64,000 bases of DNA from an uncultured delta proteobacterium (GCA_963769935.1 CAVYNY010000011.1:544001-608000); one strand, 5' to 3'; shown: positions 40,055-51,280, numbered from the stretch's first letter. The notes: generated by a model not told the origin, from the sequence alone. Made by a program: numbers and translations.

Positions 40055-40286
40055 GGTATTTGTTCGGCAGATATTGAGGGTCTGAAAACCTTTAAGGATG
40101 ATATCGCCAGATTAGGACAAAACTTTAGCAGGATAGCAACTTTTTCAATGCGCTGATTGCCGCTGCAAGATTATGACGGGATTGAAAAAGAACTTGACGA
40201 AAGACGGCAAATTTCTTTATTTGTTGCGCGGATCCGCCGTGACGAAAAAATTCTTTACAACTACGGTTGGGTCTCTTTTTAATATT

Positions 40287-40508
40287 ACAAATTCCAAGCA
40301 CCAAAAAACAAAAATCAAACAATATCCAAATTCCAAGCTCCAATGACCCAAACAGCTTTTAACCTGCGGCAAAGGTATTCCTTCGGTCTGAAACCAGGCA
40401 GAAGAAACAGCCGAATCGACCTGATTCAATGAGATCGGAGATTTGTTTCGAATTTGAGGTTTGTGATTTGAGATTTATTTGTAATTTGTGATTTGAGATT
40501 TGGAATTT
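40287..40508. repeat. Family A element copy 2
   Basis: acaaattccaagcaccaaaa is identical to 796-815; right arm is tttgtgatttgagattt repeats. Confidence 0.85.
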
Positions 40509-40605
40509 ATAAGAAAACATTTGAAAGAAAGCATTATTAGGTCAATCCTCGTTCCGCGTTTTGTAATTTAATTGTAGGTCAAGACACTATGGGAAGAATC
40601 CTATT

Positions 40606-41856
40606 ATGCCGGCCAATCTGCGCCCTTTAAAAATCTGCCTCTTAAGCTACCGCAGCAATCCCCACTGCGGCGGACAGGGGGTATACCTTAAAAATCTTAG
40701 CCGGGCGCTTAAGGACCTCGGTCATATGGTCGAGGTGATCTCCGGTCCGCCGGATCCGCAGCTGGATGACGATATCCCGTTATATCAATTGCCGGGTCTG
40801 GATCTTTACAACCCGCAGGATCCGTTTAGAGTTCCCGCATTCAGCGAGCTTATGGATCCGGTCAATCTCCTCGAATGGATCGGTGTATCGACGATGGGTT
40901 TTCCCGAGCCCTTCACCTTCGGGCTCAGGGCGTATCATTTTGTAAAACCCCGGCTGCGAACCTATGACATCGTGCACGACAATCAGAGCCTATCCTACGG
41001 TATCTGGGCGATGAATAAGAAGGTGCCGACCATTGCCACCATCCATCATCCCGTGACCGTGGACCGCAAATTGGCCATTCAATCCGAATCGGCTACCTTG
41101 AAAAAAATGAAACAGTGGCGCTGGTATTCTTTTATCGGCATGCAGAAACGGGTTGCCAGGTCCCTGAGCCGGATTATCACCGTCTCCAAGTCGGCCAAAA
41201 AAGATATCAGCCGGGATTTTGGCATACCAGGACGAAAATTTCTCATCGTTCCCAACGGCATCAATACCAATTTATTTTATCCCATCCCTGAAATCGAAAG
41301 AGAAAAAAATCGGGTTATCGTAACCAACAGCGCGGATACGCCGTTAAAAGGGCTCTTTTATCTTTTCAAAGCGGTGGCCGAACTGGCGCGAACCCAAGAC
41401 ATCAATGTCACCGTGATTGGAACCCCCAAAAAAGACGGCCCTATTGTAAAATTAATCCGGGAACTGGGCATCGGTCATCGCATCCGGTTCACCGGCCGGA
41501 TCGACAATGGAGAATTCGTGCAGCACTATGCCCGGGCAACGGTGGCGGTGGTGCCGTCGGTCTATGAAGGATTCGGTCTGCCGGTAGGTGAGGCCATGGC
41601 CTGCGGTGTTCCGGTCATCAGCACCACCGGCGGCGCCCTGCCGGAAGTGGCGGGGGATGCCGCGATTCTGGTACCGCCGGCCGATCCCATGGCCCTGGTC
41701 CGAGCCGTGCGGGAGGTGCTGGAAAATCCTGCGCGCGCCAAGGAACTGGGTATGGCCGGATATCAGCGGGTTCAGGCCAATTTTACCTGGCAAAAAGCCG
41801 CTGAAAAAACCATCGACGCCTACCGTGAGGTCATCCGTGATTACCGTCGATTTTAG
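40606..41856 (+). CDS. Glycosyltransferase family 4
   Basis: SYRSNPHCGGQGVY N-terminus; YEGFGLPVGEAMACG motif. Confidence 0.92.
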   Translation: MPANLRPLKICLLSYRSNPHCGGQGVYLKNLSRALKDLGHMVEVISGPPDPQLDDDIPLYQLPGLDLYNPQDPFRVPAFSELMDPVNLLEWIGVSTMGFPEPFTFGLRAYHFVKPRLRTYDIVHDNQSLSYGIWAMNKKVPTIATIHHPVTVDRKLAIQSESATLKKMKQWRWYSFIGMQKRVARSLSRIITVSKSAKKDISRDFGIPGRKFLIVPNGINTNLFYPIPEIEREKNRVIVTNSADTPLKGLFYLFKAVAELARTQDINVTVIGTPKKDGPIVKLIRELGIGHRIRFTGRIDNGEFVQHYARATVAVVPSVYEGFGLPVGEAMACGVPVISTTGGALPEVAGDAAILVPPADPMALVRAVREVLENPARAKELGMAGYQRVQANFTWQKAAEKTIDAYREVIRDYRRF

Positions 41857-42600
41857 CCGGCTGACGATTAAACCCGGCTTCAAAATCCTGGACATCGGAT
41901 GCGGATCCGGCACGGCATACCGCGCCGCATATCGATTAAAAAAGGTGATCGCCGTCGGCGCCGATCTCAAATTCGAAGATCTGACCGAAGCCGCCGAACG
42001 ACTTAAACTGCACGATCGTCTGGGCGAACACGGGGGCGGCATCTGGGGCCTTGCGGCGGCGGATGTGGTCTGCCTGCCGTTTAGAGATGACTGGTTCGAT
42101 CTTGTCATCTGCTCGGAAGTCCTGGAGCATATCGGGGATTATTTACGGGCCATGCGGGAGATTGTCAGAGTATTGAAACCGGGCTGCAACCTGGTCGTCA
42201 GCGTCCCCCGCTACTGGCCGGAACGCATCTGCTGGGCGCTGTCGGAAGACTTACCATACGGCTGAAGGCGGACACGTCCGCATCTTCAAACTAAGAGCAA
42301 TTAACAGCCGACCTTCAAAACGCCGGGGTCAGGCGGTGGCGCCGGCACTATGCCCACAGTCTGCATACTCCGTTTTGGTGGTTGAAATGTCTGGTGGGGC
42401 CGGAGCGCGAAGATTTACTGCCGGTCAGGCTGTATCATCGTTTTCTGACCTGGGAAATCATGCAGCAGCCGGCCCTGCCCCGCTATTTGGATCGGTTGCT
42501 CAATCCCCTCTTAGGAAAAAGCACAGTGGTTTATTTGAGAAAGGTAAAGGGGGTTGCGGGTTCAAAGGTTCAGAGTTCCGGGTTTAGAAGATCACAATAA
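41837..42600 (+). CDS. Class I SAM-dependent methyltransferase (frameshifted near 42250-42340)
   Basis: ILDIGCGSG, FDLVICSEVLEH and VLKPG motifs; continues EGGHVRIF and WWLKCLVG in other frames. Confidence 0.85.
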
Positions 42601-42685
42601 AATTTACCTCGGCAAGACACGGAAGAAGACCGAGCCCTTAAAACAGACAGAATGCCTTAATTTGTCAATCGTCATTTGTCATTCG

Positions 42686-43312
42686 TCATTCCTTCGCCCG
42701 CCGCCGCAGCACCCCCAGCGTCTTGACCATGGTCAATTCCTGAAACAGACCCGAAGCTTGGGCCAGATTGTAGACACGGTAAGGCGCCTGTCCGCCCTTG
42801 GCCGGGTCCGGAAAGATATCATGAATCAGCAGATAACCGCCGGCGGCGATGTGTCCGGCCCAGGAACTGTAGTCGGTGAACACGGTTTCAAGGGCATGCC
42901 CGCCGTCGATAAATACCAGGCTGAGAGGAGTAGACCAATGCCGGGCGGCGACTTCGGATCGACAGACGATGGGGACCACCGTATCTTCATAACCGGCGGA
43001 CTCGATGGTTCTTCTGAACTCCCTGAAGGTATCTACGCGACCGCTGCGGGGATCATACAGATCGGGATCAAAGTATTCTTCTCCGGGCTGCTGCTCTTCG
43101 GAACCTCTGTGATGATCGACGGAAAACAAGATGCTGCCGCATTTTTTGCAGGCCGCCGCCAGATACAGCATTGACTTGCCGCAGTAGCTTCCGATCTCCA
43201 GGCAAGGTCCCAACCGGCCGGCCGCCAGCGCCGTTTCATACAGGCACTCGCCTTCGTCCGGGTCGAGAAATCCCTTGACGCCGGCTATGAGATTTTGATC
43301 GATGTCCATCAT
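42686..43312 (-). CDS. Class I SAM-dependent methyltransferase (Methyltransf_24-like)
   Basis: LEIGSYCGKS, VDHHRGSEE, FIDGGH and IHD motifs. Confidence 0.88.
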   Translation of the reverse strand: MMDIDQNLIAGVKGFLDPDEGECLYETALAAGRLGPCLEIGSYCGKSMLYLAAACKKCGSILFSVDHHRGSEEQQPGEEYFDPDLYDPRSGRVDTFREFRRTIESAGYEDTVVPIVCRSEVAARHWSTPLSLVFIDGGHALETVFTDYSSWAGHIAAGGYLLIHDIFPDPAKGGQAPYRVYNLAQASGLFQELTMVKTLGVLRRRAKE

Positions 43313-43360
43313 TAGTTTCGATATAAGCCCTCCACCTCTGGTGAAGGGCTTATATCGAAA

Positions 43361-45514
43361 CTAATCAAACGTTTTCGGCTCATAGCTTCTTACCAGGACC
43401 TCCCGGGGTTTGACGCCGTCCGAGGGGCCGACGACCCCCTCTTTTTCCATGACCTCGATGATGCGGGCCGCCCGGTTGTAGCCGATACGCAGATGACGCT
43501 GGATCATGGAAATAGACGCCTGCCCGGATTTTGTAATCAGGGCCACCGCATCATCATAGCGCTCGTCATATTCCTGCTCTTCGGATGTTCCAGCTTCAAC
43601 AGCTGCCGCTTCGGTGACCTGTTCGTCATACTCGGGCTTCGCCTGGGCCCGCAGGAATTTTGTGACCCGGACCAGTTCATCCTCGGAAATGTAGGCACCG
43701 TGAATCCGCTGCAATTTGGCTGTACCCGGCGGCAAAAACAACATGTCGCCGCTGCCTAGCAGGTTTTCAGCCCCGTTGGTGTCGATGATGGTTCTCGAAT
43801 CGGTCTTGGATGAAACCTGGAAGGTTAAACGGGTCGGAAAATTGGCCTTGATAATGCCGGTCAACACATCCACGGAAGGACGCTGGGTGGCAAGAATAAG
43901 ATGAATGCCGGCCGCCCGCGCCATCTGGGCCAGACGGGTCAAGGTGACCTCAACATCCCGTGAGGCCAACATCATCAGATCGGCGAGCTCATCAATAATG
44001 ATAACGATGTAGGGCAGTTTTTCGACGCCGTCTTGTGGGTCCGGCCTTTCTATCTTTTCAAGCTTGCTGTTGTACTGTTTGATATTGCGGGCATTATTCT
44101 TCGACAGCAGCTCATAGCGTCTTTCCATCTCCCGCACCGCCCAGTAAAGGGCATTGGTTGCTTTTTTAGGGTCCATGACCACCGGTGTAATCAAGTGGGG
44201 AATTCCGTCATAGCTGGAAAGCTCGATTCGTTTGGGATCGACCATGATAAGCTTGACTTCATCGGGGGTGGCCTTAAACAACAGACTGCATATCATCGCA
44301 TTCAAGGCGACGCTCTTGCCGGTTCCGGTCGCACCGGCAATCAGCAAATGGGGCATCTTCTCCAGCTCTGCCACAACGGGATTTCCGACAATATCTTTGC
44401 CCAGACAGATCGTCAATTTGGACTTGGATTTATCAAACTCGGGGGAGGCCACAATTTCCTTGAACCGCACCATCTCGCGGGTGCTGTTGGGGACCTCGAC
44501 GCCGACCACGGCCTTTCCCGGAATCGGCGCGACGATCCGGATGGATGAAGCCCGCAGGGCCAGCGATAAGTCATCGGATAAATTGACGATCTTATTAATC
44601 TTCACACCGGCGGCAGGTTCATACTCAAAGGTGGTGATCACCGGCCCGGGCGATATGGCCACCACTTTGCCGTGAACGCCGAAATCTTCAAGCTTCTTTT
44701 CGAGCAATTGCGATTGCATGCGCAAATTTTGACTGTCGGAAGAAATGGGCGATTCTTCCGGATCTTCAAGTAAACTGAAGGGAGGGACCTGATACCCCTT
44801 GCCGCTTCTCATAAAATCGAATACTTCCTGCTTGGGGGGCGGGAGGGCCTTGATCGGTTTAGGCAGCGCTTTTTTGATTTGGATCTCCTGAGATCTTTTG
44901 ACCATAATATCCGTGTCAATTCGGGAACGCTTTTTGGCCTTTTCCTTGCGCTCCCTGCGTTTCAGATAGAAAGTCCCGAGGTGGTCGCCGAGTACATTCA
45001 TCCATCTTAAGAAGCGCTTGCCGAAAGCGATCAGGGAGAATCCGGTCGCCAGAATAAACCCGATAACCCACGTCAGAATTAAAATAATCCCGGCGCCGGT
45101 GTAGTTGGTATACCTTATCAGAAAGGCTTTGAACGGAATTCCGACAATGCCGCCGGCTGAAAATTTTTGGCTGAACAATATGAAATAATTTTGCTTGACC
45201 GAAAGCAGGCTCCCGGTAATGACCACCAGGATGACACCGCCGACCAGCGTTGAAATCATGGCCCGGTTGGGATGGTTGCCGAAAAAATGGATGCTTGCCA
45301 GCAGCAGCAAAACCGGTATCCAGAATGCTCCCATCCCGAACAGGCCGATCAGCAATCCGGCTACGTGGGCGCCGACAACACCGAACAGATTGTGTATTTG
45401 CCCCGCGGCTCTGGCATTGTTGATGGATGGATCACCCGAGCTGAAGGACAAAAGGCTGATCAGCGTAAAGATGACAAGAAAAAAAAGAATGATACCGGAG
45501 ATTTCTTTGCGCAT
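43361..45514 (-). CDS. ftsK: DNA translocase FtsK
   Basis: 4TM N-terminus, AGATGTGKS, IIDELAD, ATQRPS and gamma domain IGYNRAAR. Confidence 0.97.
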   Translation of the reverse strand: MRKEISGIILFFLVIFTLISLLSFSSGDPSINNARAAGQIHNLFGVVGAHVAGLLIGLFGMGAFWIPVLLLLASIHFFGNHPNRAMISTLVGGVILVVITGSLLSVKQNYFILFSQKFSAGGIVGIPFKAFLIRYTNYTGAGIILILTWVIGFILATGFSLIAFGKRFLRWMNVLGDHLGTFYLKRRERKEKAKKRSRIDTDIMVKRSQEIQIKKALPKPIKALPPPKQEVFDFMRSGKGYQVPPFSLLEDPEESPISSDSQNLRMQSQLLEKKLEDFGVHGKVVAISPGPVITTFEYEPAAGVKINKIVNLSDDLSLALRASSIRIVAPIPGKAVVGVEVPNSTREMVRFKEIVASPEFDKSKSKLTICLGKDIVGNPVVAELEKMPHLLIAGATGTGKSVALNAMICSLLFKATPDEVKLIMVDPKRIELSSYDGIPHLITPVVMDPKKATNALYWAVREMERRYELLSKNNARNIKQYNSKLEKIERPDPQDGVEKLPYIVIIIDELADLMMLASRDVEVTLTRLAQMARAAGIHLILATQRPSVDVLTGIIKANFPTRLTFQVSSKTDSRTIIDTNGAENLLGSGDMLFLPPGTAKLQRIHGAYISEDELVRVTKFLRAQAKPEYDEQVTEAAAVEAGTSEEQEYDERYDDAVALITKSGQASISMIQRHLRIGYNRAARIIEVMEKEGVVGPSDGVKPREVLVRSYEPKTFD

Positions 45515-45696
45515 ATATTAGTTTTTAAAAATAATATAATTAGTAAGCTTTTATGTTTCCATTGGCTGCATCATGGGCTATTCGAAATTGGCTCATGGCT
45601 TAAGGCACAAGGCTCACGGTCAATTGTAAATTAATTGTAGCCAGTCCCTGAAAATGTTCTTTATTTACCCGCACCACCTAAAAATGGTCCCTGGAT

Positions 45697-45802
45697 TGCC
45701 TTGCGCCGTGCGCCTTGTGCCGTGCGCCGTATCCCGCACCCGAATGCCACCCGCACCCCGCAACCCGCAACTCGCAACCCGCAACCCGCAACCCGCACCC
45801 CG
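45697..45802. repeat. 7-nt tandem repeats (tgcgccg)n and (cccgcaa)n
   Basis: cccgcaacccgcaactcgcaacccgcaacccgcaacccgcacccc abuts the rnj stop codon. Confidence 0.9.
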
Positions 45803-47458
45803 TCAAACTTCCATAATAAAAGGAAGTATAACCGGCCGCCGTCCGATGGTAAAGAAAAAATATTGCCGCAAGGCGGTTTGTACTTTGGCGCGAATTCTAT
45901 CCACCCGGTGGGGGACGTCGGATTCAATTTCCTCGACAACTTCCAAAATTACACATTGAGCGTCTGCGAGCAAATGACCGGTTTCAGTCTCGAAAACAAA
46001 ACCGCGGGAGACTATTTCAGGTCCATAGATGATGATGCCGGTTTCTTCATCAAACGCCATGGTCACGGCAACCAGTCCCTCTTCCGAAAGGACGCGTCTC
46101 TCTCTGAGCACGCTGCGTCCGACATCGCCGACGCCTTTACCATCGATGAGCACGCGGCCGGTGAGCACTCTGCCGTTGACCCGTCCACCGGTTCTATCAA
46201 ATTCTATAATCTGACCGTTTTCAGCCAGCAGAATCTTATTCTCGGCTATTCCAACGTCCTGTGCCAGCCGGGCGTGCAGAATCAGATGGCGGTATTCTCC
46301 ATGAATCGGAATAAAATGCGTCGGCTTTGTCAGATTGATCATCAGTTTGAGTTCTTCCCTGAAGGCATGACCCGAAACATGAATATCCGATATTTTTTCG
46401 TAGATGACGTCGGCCCCTTTGCGGTAAAGATTGTTGATGATTTTACCGATAGCCTTTTCATTGCCCGGAATGAATTTGGAAGACAGGATCACCGTATCAC
46501 CGGCCTTGATTTTTATCTGTTTGTGAATCCCCGAGGCCATCCGCGCCAGCGCCGACATGGGTTCTCCCTGGCTGCCGGTGGTTATGATGATAATTTCATC
46601 AGGCGGGTAGTCCGGCACCTGTTCAATATCGATCTCCATTTTTTCAGGAATGATCAGATGCCCGAGGGATCTGGCAATTTTAACGCTGACCTCGATGCTG
46701 CGGCCGTCGAATACGATCTTTTTGCCCCGCAATCGGGCGATATCGACGATCATTTGAATCCGGGCGACATTGGAGGCAAACAGGGCAATAATAACGCGTC
46801 CATGGTGTTCGGTAATAATTCGATCCAGCGTCTGGCCGATCTCCTTATCGGATATGGTGTATCCTTCCTTCTCAACATTGGTTGAATCGGATAACAGCGC
46901 CAGGACCCCCCTTTCCCCACAGGCCGCAAATTTGTTCAAATCGGTAGTCATGCCGCCGGCAGCGCCATGACCGATCTTATAGTCGCCGGTATGGATAAGC
47001 AGTCCGCGGGGCGTATTGATCGCCATCCCCAGGCCATCGACGACACTATGGCCCACCCGAATAAATTCAATTTCAAAGGGACCCAACCGCAGTTTTTCAC
47101 CAGGGTGAATCTCATGCAGAGCGACCCCTGAAAGCAGCTCCAGTTCTTCGAGTTTGTGGCGCACGAGTCCCAGGGTGAATGGTGAGCCGAAAACCGGCAG
47201 ATTAATTTCCTTGAGCAGGAAGGGCAGCGCTCCGATATGATCTTCATGGGCATGGGTTAAAACGATGGCTGCTGCTTTGGACCGATTCTGCCGGATATAA
47301 TCCATGTTCGGAATGACAAAATCAACCCCGAGCATGTAATCTTCGGGAAACATCAGGCCGCTGTCGACCACAAACATGGTGTCCCCGTATTCGAAGACCA
47401 TCATATTCATGCCGATTTCTCCCAGCCCGCCCAGAGGGATTATTTTAAGAATTGACAT
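45803..47458 (-). CDS. rnj: Ribonuclease J
   Basis: PLGGLGEIGMN, THAHEDHIG, TTGSQGEP and HVSGHA motifs. Confidence 0.96.
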   Translation of the reverse strand: MSILKIIPLGGLGEIGMNMMVFEYGDTMFVVDSGLMFPEDYMLGVDFVIPNMDYIRQNRSKAAAIVLTHAHEDHIGALPFLLKEINLPVFGSPFTLGLVRHKLEELELLSGVALHEIHPGEKLRLGPFEIEFIRVGHSVVDGLGMAINTPRGLLIHTGDYKIGHGAAGGMTTDLNKFAACGERGVLALLSDSTNVEKEGYTISDKEIGQTLDRIITEHHGRVIIALFASNVARIQMIVDIARLRGKKIVFDGRSIEVSVKIARSLGHLIIPEKMEIDIEQVPDYPPDEIIIITTGSQGEPMSALARMASGIHKQIKIKAGDTVILSSKFIPGNEKAIGKIINNLYRKGADVIYEKISDIHVSGHAFREELKLMINLTKPTHFIPIHGEYRHLILHARLAQDVGIAENKILLAENGQIIEFDRTGGRVNGRVLTGRVLIDGKGVGDVGRSVLRERRVLSEEGLVAVTMAFDEETGIIIYGPEIVSRGFVFETETGHLLADAQCVILEVVEEIESDVPHRVDRIRAKVQTALRQYFFFTIGRRPVILPFIMEV

Positions 47459-48155
47459 TTTCAAAACCCCGGCAAATAACAGATCTGACGGCTTCGATAA
47501 GATCATCTTTGGTCTCGCGGGTGTAGCCGGTCGTATCGATGGGCATTTCGACGTGCAAAGACACCTCCCCGGTGTTGATTCGCCAACTGCTTTTGGCCAT
47601 GATCGGCCAGGTTCCCTGCAGAATGACCGGCACAACCGGAACGCCGGTGTCGACGGCCATCACAAAACCGCCTTTTTTAAAAGGCCGAATGTTGCCGTCA
47701 CGGCTGCGCGTGCCTTCCGGAAATATCATGACCGATACACCGTCTTTCATCTTGGCGGCGGCTTCCTTAAGGCTTTCGATGGCCGATTTTCGATTGAAGC
47801 GGTCGATTCGGATATAGCCTGCACCGCGCATGGCGCGACCGAAAATGGGTATTTTAAACAGCTCCGCTTTGGCAAGCCAGCGGAACTGCACGGGAAGATG
47901 CGCCAGAAGTACGGGAATATCAAAATTACTCTGATGGTTGGACATGTATATGTATGACCGCGACGGATCTACATGGGCAAGCCCTTGGACGGAAACTCGG
48001 ATGCGGCTGACGACCAGGATGCCCCGCCCCCAAATTCGGGCGATCAGGTGAACCATATTTCCGGTACGGCTGAAAAATGATATGATAATCGCCAGGATAC
48101 CCAGAACAAGTGTCCACAGGACCACCCACAAAAAAATATATGCTGTTCGAATCAT
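47445..48155 (-). CDS. plsC: 1-acyl-sn-glycerol-3-phosphate acyltransferase
   Basis: NHQSNFD and FPEGTRS motifs. Confidence 0.93.
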   Translation of the reverse strand: MIRTAYIFLWVVLWTLVLGILAIIISFFSRTGNMVHLIARIWGRGILVVSRIRVSVQGLAHVDPSRSYIYMSNHQSNFDIPVLLAHLPVQFRWLAKAELFKIPIFGRAMRGAGYIRIDRFNRKSAIESLKEAAAKMKDGVSVMIFPEGTRSRDGNIRPFKKGGFVMAVDTGVPVVPVILQGTWPIMAKSSWRINTGEVSLHVEMPIDTTGYTRETKDDLIEAVRSVICRGFENVNS

Positions 48156-48187
48156 TTAAATAATCGTTTCCGGCCGGCCGGCAAAAT

Positions 48188-48520
48188 TCACGTGATGATC
48201 TTAAGCCGGTTGAAAATATCGTCAATTAATGCAATAAGCCAGCTGAATTGCTCTTCCGTCGCATAGCGGATGCAATCGCAGCGCACCCGGTTTTGGGTGC
48301 GTACCAGCAATTCGCAGGCCAGACGGTTGGGGTCAAGATCGACGGCAACATAGTGGGGCTGACAGGCCTGGTGCGCCTGCTGGACGGTCGTCAACACTTT
48401 GGCTGCCAGCGGAATCCAGTAGATACCTTTCAGAGCAGCCGGGCCATAATGCTCATCAAAATAATTTTTTAGCGCCTGATAATCGGCTGGTCGGAGTTCG
48501 TCGATTACATACTGCTTCAT
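48188..48520 (-). CDS. Hypothetical protein (MKQYVIDELRP...)
   Basis: Clean 110-aa ORF co-oriented with plsC; HxxC and CxC residues. Confidence 0.7.
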   Translation of the reverse strand: MKQYVIDELRPADYQALKNYFDEHYGPAALKGIYWIPLAAKVLTTVQQAHQACQPHYVAVDLDPNRLACELLVRTQNRVRCDCIRYATEEQFSWLIALIDDIFNRLKIIT

Positions 48521-48720
48521 AAAAAACAGAATTATCACAGTTTGTTGCGGCGTGCAAGCCGTATATAAACGTTTAGAGGGCGTCTTAACTGTCTCATTCG
48601 GCCTTTGTTCACCACCTAATTAGGCGGGATGGTGAAGTTTAAGTATTATCGCATCCGACCGATATAGTTTCCAAAAGCTTAATGCATGCGGCTGGAATAA
48701 AGAAAGGAGTGGTTTGAAAT

Positions 48721-49771
48721 ATGGCAGCAACCGGGACGTATGGATCGAACGGAACAAAATGTAGCTATCGCAGCGTTTTTAAATTTGCTCTGGCGCACCT
48801 GATTGCCGTCGGGGTCTGCCTTATTGGATCGATGGGCAATGTTTATGCCGCCAACGCTGCCGTTCAGGCCGGCTCCGAAACTGCCTTCGAGCACACCTCC
48901 AAATTCCGACCGGAAGTGCAGCTGGATTTCGATGCCGGATACCGCCGGGATGATCTGAACTGGAATATTGCCGGTGACACCAGCGGGCATAATCCGAATG
49001 TTTTATCGGAATTGACTTGGGACGATTTGGAAAGCTGGCAGGTTAAATTTACTGAGCAGTTTGGTAATTCCCAACATCGTCGCCCTGCGGGGGTATGCCG
49101 ACTACGGCTGGATTTTCGACGGGGAAAACCAGGACTCGGATTTTGCGGGCGACAACCGCACCTACGAATATTCCCGCTCCAATAACAATGCCGACGACGG
49201 TGATGTATGGGATGCTTCCCTGGCTGTCGGCTATCCTTACAGGACGAGCCAAACCATCATTGTGACGGTCATCCCGCTGGTCGGCTATTCGCACCACGAA
49301 CAAAATTTGAAAGCCACCGACGGATACCAGACAGTCCCGCCCCTGGGATCTTTTCCCGGCTTGAACAGTTCATACGACACCGAGTGGAAAGGCCCCTTTC
49401 TCGGCATTGATATGCGCTTCAGGGCTGGCAAACCCAACAATTTTGCCGAGCGCTTTGAAACGTATTTCACCTATGAATATCATTGGGCCGATTATCACGC
49501 CAAAGCGAACTGGAACCTGCGGGACGATCTCCGGCATCCTAAAAGCTTCGAACATGAAGCCGACGGCACGGGCTGGATCATCGGTGCGGGGTTGAATTTT
49601 ATTCTCCAGCGACACATCGCGCTGAATTTCGACTTCGACTACCAAAACTGGAGGGCTAAAGACGGCACCGACAAAGTGTTTTTCGCCGACGGCACCACGG
49701 CTAAAACACGCTTAAACGAGGTCAACTGGTCCACCTACGCTTTGGGTCTGGGGCTGGAAGTGCGTTTTTGA
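48721..49771 (+). CDS. Outer-membrane beta-barrel protein (omptin-like fold suspected; frameshift near 49050)
   Basis: Signal peptide, NVLSELTW, GENQDSD, alternating aromatic strands and C-terminal Phe. Confidence 0.65.
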
Positions 49772-49817
49772 TTGCGTGAAGTTTTATACGAGGCTTAAGC
49801 GGGATAAAAAATTGGGC

Positions 49818-49862
49818 AATCCCCCTGCCCTGATTTATCTCAACTCAGGATCAGGGGGATTT
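49818..49862. terminator. Hairpin between convergent genes
   Basis: aatccccctg...cagggggatt. Confidence 0.65.
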
Positions 49863-49876
49863 TAGATGCACAGGGA

Positions 49877-50065
49877 TTAGATCTCTTCGACGGTAATGGC
49901 GCTTTCTTCGCAAACCTCGACACAGCTTTCGCAGCCGAGGCATTCTTCGGCATTGACGGGCACGGATTTGCCATCCTGCATCTCGAAAACTTCAACCGGG
50001 CAGACATCCACGCACTCTTCACAACCGGCGCACTTTTCTTCATCGACAGTTGGGTTAAAAGCCAT
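49877..50065 (-). CDS. 2[4Fe-4S] ferredoxin
   Basis: CAGCEECVDVCP and CLGCESCVEVC motifs; RBS aaggag. Confidence 0.95.
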   Translation of the reverse strand: MAFNPTVDEEKCAGCEECVDVCPVEVFEMQDGKSVPVNAEECLGCESCVEVCEESAITVEEI

Positions 50066-50186
50066 CAGCAAACTCTCCTTTCAATAGATTATTCTGAAAT
50101 GGTGTTGATACCATCCATTTGAGTTCGTCAATCAAAAATTCCAGAAAAGAGTCCATATACCAATTAAAAATGGGAGTCAAGCCTTC

Positions 50187-51191
50187 TTAATATTTTTTTT
50201 CGTGACGTTCTATTAAAGCGATGAGGGTATGTTTATATTTTCCCGTCTGAACGAATTGCTCGGCATCCTTGAATTCGGCACAGCGGGCAAAGAATTCGCC
50301 GGGAATTTGATGCGGCACCAGATAGACATTGAGGGAAACGGTGGTTTCCGCCGCCGGAAACTCGATATTTTCATGCCCAACGGCTGCGGCAGGCGCCTGT
50401 TCATTCTGAGCCCAGCGCTCCAAATCTAATGCCAATTTTTGCTGCCAGGACTCACCGGCCGCGGTCTTTCCGATATCCAGCGGTATCGATTCCAAATGCA
50501 TAACCCTGACAGCCGTCGGCGATCTTTCCAGCAGATGCGCCATCACCGCCGGACTGGGGGTAACAAATAAGCCGGACGCATCCGGATCCCGGCGATAAAT
50601 CCGGCTCCAGGCTTTCATCCGGTCGGAAACCATATAATCCGCCAAAAGATCCGGCAGCGGCTCCGTCTGCAATTCATCTGCCAGGGAATCTTTTTCCATT
50701 TTAAGTTGCCGGACCAAATCCGCATTCTCCTGATGGAATCGGTATAGCTCGTGGGCTACCTCCTGATTTTGGCGATCGAACTCCTGCGCCAGACATAAAA
50801 AGATCCTGGCGGTAAAAGTCGGATCCGTGATTTTGCCGGCAGAACCGCCTTGGATTTTTGCTTTAACATCCGCCAGAATCTTGGAGGATGAAAAATCATC
50901 AAAAAACGGCAAACCGCCCATGCGCGCCTTTAGATCGGCGGTCTTGTCGGCGGAGCCCCGCAGGTGCAAATTAGCCCAGTTCAAATAGCTTTTCACGGCC
51001 GCAGTCAGCGCTTGTCCATTTTCGGTCACGGGTACCCGGAGTTCCAGAACACCCTGATGAACCCGGCGCTGCATTGGCTCAGGGACCTTATCGTCCAGGG
51101 GTCGATAAACAATAAATTGTCCGAAACAGGCTGCCACCGCATCTGCCATGGGGTCGGAAACATGGGTAAAGGGAAAATAAATTGGTTTCAT
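50187..51191 (-). CDS. Hypothetical protein
   Basis: 334-aa ORF; no recognisable motif. Confidence 0.7.
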   Translation of the reverse strand: MKPIYFPFTHVSDPMADAVAACFGQFIVYRPLDDKVPEPMQRRVHQGVLELRVPVTENGQALTAAVKSYLNWANLHLRGSADKTADLKARMGGLPFFDDFSSSKILADVKAKIQGGSAGKITDPTFTARIFLCLAQEFDRQNQEVAHELYRFHQENADLVRQLKMEKDSLADELQTEPLPDLLADYMVSDRMKAWSRIYRRDPDASGLFVTPSPAVMAHLLERSPTAVRVMHLESIPLDIGKTAAGESWQQKLALDLERWAQNEQAPAAAVGHENIEFPAAETTVSLNVYLVPHQIPGEFFARCAEFKDAEQFVQTGKYKHTLIALIERHEKKY

Positions 51192-51280
51192 AGTATTCGT
51201 TAACCTTTTGATGTGTTTAGCAATCGACAAGAAACGCGATCAGGGCATTTTATTTTACAGTGTGTTGTTCGAAACTGCTG

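Noticed and set aside
45701..46885. 394-aa plus-strand ORF with PQPATRN repeats
   Set aside because: Antisense to rnj; its N-terminus is just the translated heptamer repeat.
48600..48720. Hairpin upstream of the beta-barrel gene as a riboswitch
   Set aside because: No match to riboswitch consensus motifs I can recognise.
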